Position numbers and translations under genes: made by a program. A DNA stretch of 26,647 nt from the NCBI GenBank assembly GCA_016748015.1, contig JAAOMT010000451.1:38926-65572 (forward strand). The letters run 5' to 3'. The notes under the pieces are model-generated. The model was not told the origin of the DNA. It saw only the letters and a program-made list of their open reading frames with translations, and did no database searches. Shown here piece after piece: positions 21,352 to 26,647 of this stretch (position 1 is its first letter; each line of letters starts with the position of its first letter). The stretch comes from Geosiphon pyriformis uo1 (taxonomy: Eukaryota; Fungi; Glomeromycota).

Positions 21352-22050
21352 GAATCTTGTCTGTAGACTACCCTAATGATTGTAATAAAAAAATAAAAAT
21401 AAAAATAAAAAAAATGTAAAAAAAATAGGATTTTATCAAGGGAAACGTTTTCTGTCCAGGCCTGGAGTCACTAACAGTTTATTGAAATTGGTAGCTAATC
21501 AATTTCAAAACATTAGTTGGGTTTTAAGGATTTTTCAAGTGCAATAATTAAAGAATTTGGTTTTTTGAATTATTTGATATTTATTTTTTTTTGTGTGTAT
21601 AGGAATAGTTCTAAGTAATAAATCTGAAGTAAGATACATTTTCTCGAAGAAAGAAGCTCATTTTTTATACAACTTGTCATAACACTATTCTATGAACTTG
21701 AACTTTGCTCTTTTCTACAATTTCGCTGAACTAGAGATACATTTCAGCAAACTACAAGTTATTTCTGCAAACTATTAGATATTTCAGTGAACTATCAATT
21801 ATTTTGGCAAATTTCTACAAATTTCAGTGAACTTTTTGAATGTTACATAGTTTGGGGTATTGCATAATTGATCATCACAATTAGGTTACATTTGTGTTAT
21901 GTACAAATTGGATTATTAAATAAATAATAATTTCAGATATTTTGCTAATGTAATAAGTGATAATTTGGGACAATAATATATGCTAACTAATGATAAAAAT
22001 TATAAGAGTAATTTTATGCTAAACAATATCTCTAATTTCGTCTGGTAACA
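21352..22050 (-). repeat. 5' LTR of Gypsy A, U3-side fragment
   Basis: Matches 2871-3569 and ends TCTGGTAACA. The two fragments total 281+699 = 980 bp, one full LTR. Confidence 0.95.
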
Positions 22051-24061
22051 ATGTCACAAGCTGTTTCTCAAATGGTGCCATCCAACTAAATCATATGCTT
22101 TCCATATATCCTACAGAACTAACCAAATTTCTTTATTTTTTCAAGAGCATCTTCAACCATCAACCTGACAGCAAATATAAGAGATTGTGTAGATGTACCT
22201 CTTAACACTGAAAAATTATCACTCTGGAGGACATTGAACTTACTGTATGCCAATGAAATACAATTAGACAAAATCTTAGATAAGATTTTCTTGGCAGTTT
22301 CAATCAAAGCTATAGGACATGTATTCATAAGAATTCTATCTTAATCATAAGATTTAAAAATCATTGAAACCCAAGCTCTCTTCCACAAAGCAGGCACATC
22401 ACCAACAATTAAACATGTGTTTAACAACACCAAAAAACACCCCAACACATTCTCACCACTATGCTTCTACAGTTCATTAGGAATACTAAATAAGCCAGCA
22501 GCTTTATTATCAGGCAGACTACCAACAACCAAAAGCAATTCACTTATACTAATTATATTTATTACACTAGAAAAAGCATTATCTTTAATATAGTCTAATG
22601 GTAAGTCCAAAAATCAAGTAGTACTAGAGACACTATATGTTTTCTTGTTCAACCTCTCATGATTTTATTTATATCTGATTTTACTTTTTCTGGTTCCAAA
22701 ACTAACTCATCATCTACCACTAAGTGATCCAAAACCACTTTGTAAAAGGGTTACTCTAAAACATTGCAAAGTATGTTACCTTTATTGGAACAAAAATTTT
22801 CCATACACATTGCAATCACCTTTCTAATAGAAGTTTTTTTAGCTAATTTTGACTCATACATCTTAGACTTCTTGTATTTTTTACAAGCTAATGACAAATG
22901 TTTAAGAACCACTACAGATTTTACTTCCAAACACACCAAATTAGTAAAATTGTGAGCCTTAGCATTATCTAAAATTGATCATATCTTTGCAAGACAATCA
23001 ACCTCAGACATATTGCCAGAGCTGAATGTTTTAACAATTTTGGCAACCAATAATTTCAAACCAAAAAACTTAGAAAAATATTTATTTTTTGAATACTGAA
23101 ATTCACTAAACCAATGTTTTGAAAATATCTCATCAGCTAACTCCACTATTACCTCTTTCAAAATTGCCTACATATCATTCACATTACCACAAAACACAGT
23201 ATCAAAGAATTTATCAGCAATTATTAAAAGCTTGGCAGAAAAACAGTCCCTAAATTCAGCCTATTTAAAGCAATTAGTATTCTTAATTTTAAACTTCTAA
23301 GGATCTCTGTTAGTCTGTTTGTGCAGACTATTCAAATAAACATCTAAGAGCCCACCCAAGCCAATTAAAACCATAACTGCATTGTGATTAGTGTTAAAGA
23401 AACTGGAAACAGAGCAGACTTGATGACTGATGACTGCAAATAATAAATTTTCACTGATGAAAATATGATCAATTGTTTTCTTAACTTTTCTAAAATTACT
23501 TCATGTGAGAGCCTTCACCAAATGATAAGTGGCAAATGAATTGACTAAACCCAAACTCAAACCCAAACAGAACTTATAACTTGCACTCCTTCCAGATCTA
23601 TTCTCATTAAAATTTTCACCCAAGACCACAAAAGTACTGGAGTTAACAGCTTTTGCAATCAGAAAGTTCACCTCTAAAGCCTGATTAAATTTAGTTTTAG
23701 AAGAAGCACCAGTATACAAACCCAGAATTATAACTGAAAGCTTGCCTTTAAATAAAAGTTGCACTAAAATAATTTGACTAGAAATCTCTTCCACTTTAAA
23801 CACATAATGAGCCAATGAATTGTTCATAATTATGGCCACCTCAGTACCAAGTAATTTTTTGTCCAAACCAGATGTAAAAACACATACACACTTAAACTTA
23901 TTGGTAATCTTTGGCTTAACACTAGACTGCAATTTAGTTTCCATAACAAAAGACACAAAACTACCAAAATTCACATGCCAACAAACAATGTTCACTTGCT
24001 TTACAGGAATATTGATACTTCAGACATTGCACATAGCAAATTTCTACACCAGACTACTTAT
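22051..24061 (-). pseudogene. LINE ORF2, N-terminal part: APE-type endonuclease and start of RT
   Basis: KFAMCNV* (ATCNVRG-like), FVMETKL, ILGLY, LGENFN (GDFN), TIDHIF, TNHNAV (SDH-like); RT motifs KAAGLFSIPNEL, CPIALIE, NFSVLRGTST, DIWKAYD. Confidence 0.88.
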
Positions 24062-26018
24062 TGGAACAAAAAATACAACAGAAAACCTGAACCAGAGCAC
24101 AAGCAATTCAATCTAGCCAACACTGAACTAATTGACACTTCTAAAGACACCATTTTTACCTTCAAGCCATTTATCTTATTGGTTAGCACCCTGGAGCTAC
24201 TCAAACTGGACACAACATTATCAACAATAAAAAGAAAAAGAACTGGTAGCATTGGCATGCCATCCAAAGCCATATTTGATTCCAAACCTAAGGTTAAAGA
24301 CTCAGAAGCAATAGGAGAGGGAGCAAGAACTAAGAGCACTAAAGGTATTAATTCCACTAAGCTTAGCTTTTCAAAATGTCAGAAACCTGACCCATCAAAA
24401 GCTCTAAAGAGCACTTCAAGAATGTCAAATGATTATTTAAACTAGAGATTTCAAGAGAGATAGAATCTGATAAAAGAGATTTTACACCTGGAAGTAAATT
24501 AGCACCAGAAATGACAAAATAAATCACATGAAAAGAAAGGCTACTAGCAACTTGGGCCCAAGTTTTTTCACCAAAAGAAATTGGGCAAACAATTAGTGCT
24601 TACTTTCTCTTATATATATTGGCCAAGCAAACCTGATCTTAAGAAGTCACTACTTGTTTACCATACACACCAGAATTCTCATCCATTAAACACACATCAG
24701 AGATATGACCAAGTTGTTTATACTTAGCACAACAGGCCAAACAAAGACCTGCCCAGCACAAATTCACATCTTTAAAAACTGGCAAAAAATCAATGACAGT
24801 ATTTTTTAATTCTTCATTACTAAAACAAATGACAGCACTTTTATCACAAACATACAAAACTGGATTATGGCCAATAAAACAAGTCTTTCTACCATATAAA
24901 TTCAACAAATCATGAGCAATAGTACCAATTGAAAAAGTATAGAGCAGAGCCTGATGCTAATCTCTATTTACTCATAAATCTTTGTTATTAACGGCAAAAA
25001 CCACCTGCACAGAATTTTTACTCACAAGAACTGATCATTTAGAAGCAACTGAACTGGCCATTTCTAAAGATTCAAATTCAATCAAGACTTTTTGCTAAAA
25101 ACCAATTAGCTGTAGTCTGATTGAATTGATTTTACCAAATTTAGAAAAGATCACTTCTACTGCCAATTTGAGAAGATCTACTGGAATTTCTTTGACAATT
25201 ATTTTCTGATTGGTACAACCAGTTGTCTTTCTTATATTATTATTAACCAGAATTTTTTTGTAGATTGCCAAATTCTTTGCTTTACTCAAATTTAATTTAG
25301 ATATAAAAGAGAATTTAATGATCTCTAAGAATTTTGAAGGAGTAAAAGCTCTTCCAAAACCATTCATATAATAAAAGATTTTTTTAATAGAAATTAATTT
25401 ATTACTTACAGTCTTACCAGGTACTGCAGATAACTCAATATTTAATGCAAATGATTTAACTGGTTCAAAGCTATGTTTTTTCAAAACATGTGACTTGGCA
25501 AATAGCAGCCAATTGAACCCAATAAATTTAAGCACCAGAAGCACTAACTTGAAATTATCATCACTTAGAGTGTTAAAAGAGAGCATTTTTGGTGGTTGTT
25601 TCAATATATAAGTCTTTGTTCATGTCTTCTTTGAAGTTGTATTATCTATCATGTCATCCATATTTGAAGCATTGAAGTCGATATAGCTTGTCTTTTCAAC
25701 TATTGTGTTTTTTAAGTTCTTAATATCTGACACTTTATTTATACTGGATTTGTTATTTTCAATCTCACTATCCCAAGATATCTTGCATTTTTTATCTTTA
25801 GTCTAAAAGACATTGACAGAAATAGAACCAGTTGACAAATTTACTAAATCACCAATAACTTTAGGATTCTTAGTTTTTTTGTATAAAAAGCCACAAGAGT
25901 AAATACTTTCAACATACATCTTTTTCGTAATATTAAACCAGATCCCCAATTCAGCCAAAACAGAACCAAAACCATTAGCAGAAGTGCTTATTAAATTAAT
26001 AGCAACAAAAAAAGACAT
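24058..26018 (-). pseudogene. LINE ORF1 (RRM-like domains plus CCHC zinc knuckle), degenerate
   Basis: IIVKEIPVDLLKLAVEVIFSKFGKINSIRL (RRM-like), a second RRM-like segment, and decayed knuckle CAKYKQLGHISDVC near 24700-24740. Ends LYFLFQ* at 24058. The start is approximate. Confidence 0.75.
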
Positions 26019-26647
26019 ATTAAAAGAAATAACTGAAGATAAAAAGGAAGAAAAAAAGAGAGAAACCTAAGACTTCAATAAAATAAAGCTTTTATTATGG
26101 TTAGGAGATTGACAAGAGAAAAAAAAAATTTTCTACTATGTAATTATGTGTTTTAATTTGGTTTTTTTTAAAAATACTGCTATTTGTTTAATTTTAATAA
26201 GTATTATTTTACATATATATATGTAAAAAACAAATTTTAATTTATTATCTGGTTTTTTTGGTGGTAAAACTTAAATATTAATAATTAGTAATGCAAAATC
26301 TATTTTATTTTATACTTTTTTTTATAATTTTCTAATATTAAATAATAATATTAATGTTTTGAATAATAATATTATGGTTTTAGCTTTGAATTTTTGTTTA
26401 AATATTTTAAAATATTTATTCATATTTTTTGCTAATCAGAATTTGGCAATTATATATAAGTTTTTTTTTTTATTAACCAAAAACTAAAAAAAATACACAA
26501 ACAAAAAATTATTAATATTTTAATTTCAAATATAGTTATTAATAAACTGTTGTTAAATTTTTTAATTGTGTTTAAAATAATAAATAGATTCTTTTAGTTG
26601 TTAAATAGCTTAAAAATTTTAATATTTAAAATTAATGATTTAAAAAC

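Larger units (their letters stand above)
2589..22050 (-). mobile_element. Ty3/Gypsy LTR retrotransposon copy A (full-length, degenerate); its 5' LTR is interrupted by copy B
   Basis: Two ~980-bp LTRs with TG...CA ends, PBS, PPT and gag-PR-dUTPase-RT-RH then IN order. Flanks ATAC (2585-2588) and ATGT (22051-22054) fit a decayed 4-bp TSD, and removing the element plus 4 bp restores the LINE ORF2 frame. Confidence 0.95.
22051..26075 (-). mobile_element. LINE (non-LTR retrotransposon), 5' portion: 5' UTR, ORF1 and ORF2 up to the Gypsy A insertion
   Basis: Two tandem degenerate ORFs with ORF1 RRM/CCHC and ORF2 APE plus RT motifs, preceded by a pyrimidine-rich leader. The 5' boundary is approximate. 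Confidence 0.88.

Noticed and set aside
23820-24445. Plus-strand ORFs 23820-24116 and 23975-24445 (also 1519-1737 and 22764-22955)
   Set aside because: Antisense to LINE ORF1/ORF2, with no recognisable motifs.
26076-26647. Extremely AT-rich right end
   Set aside because: No ORF, periodicity or terminal structure discernible; probably intergenic or fully decayed repeat.

Overview
AT-rich eukaryotic DNA, most likely fungal; the protein styles suggest Glomeromycotina/Mucoromycota (inference). The left 1.2 kb holds the 5' part of an intact two-exon minus-strand gene encoding a coiled-coil plus P-loop NTPase, resembling Crinkler/CR-type proteins. Nearly all the rest is a three-layer nested transposon stack. 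A minus-strand LINE (about 26075 to about 1563; RRM/CCHC ORF1, APE-RT ORF2) is split inside its RT by Ty3/Gypsy element A (2589-22050, minus). A's 5' LTR is split in turn by a related Gypsy element B (11750-21347, plus, perfect ACAG target-site duplication). Comparing the two decayed Gypsy copies reconstructs an unusual three-ORF architecture. ORF1 is one frame: Met-less N-terminal extension, Gag, Q/N/P/Y-rich tract, protease, three Cys/Zn modules, dUTPase, RT and RNase H, ending at a stop shared by both copies. ORF2 appears to be a stand-alone integrase with its own ATG. ORF3 is an unknown ~239-aa non-Env protein running through the PPT into U3. All transposon DNA is riddled with C>T/G>A transitions, while the host gene is not.
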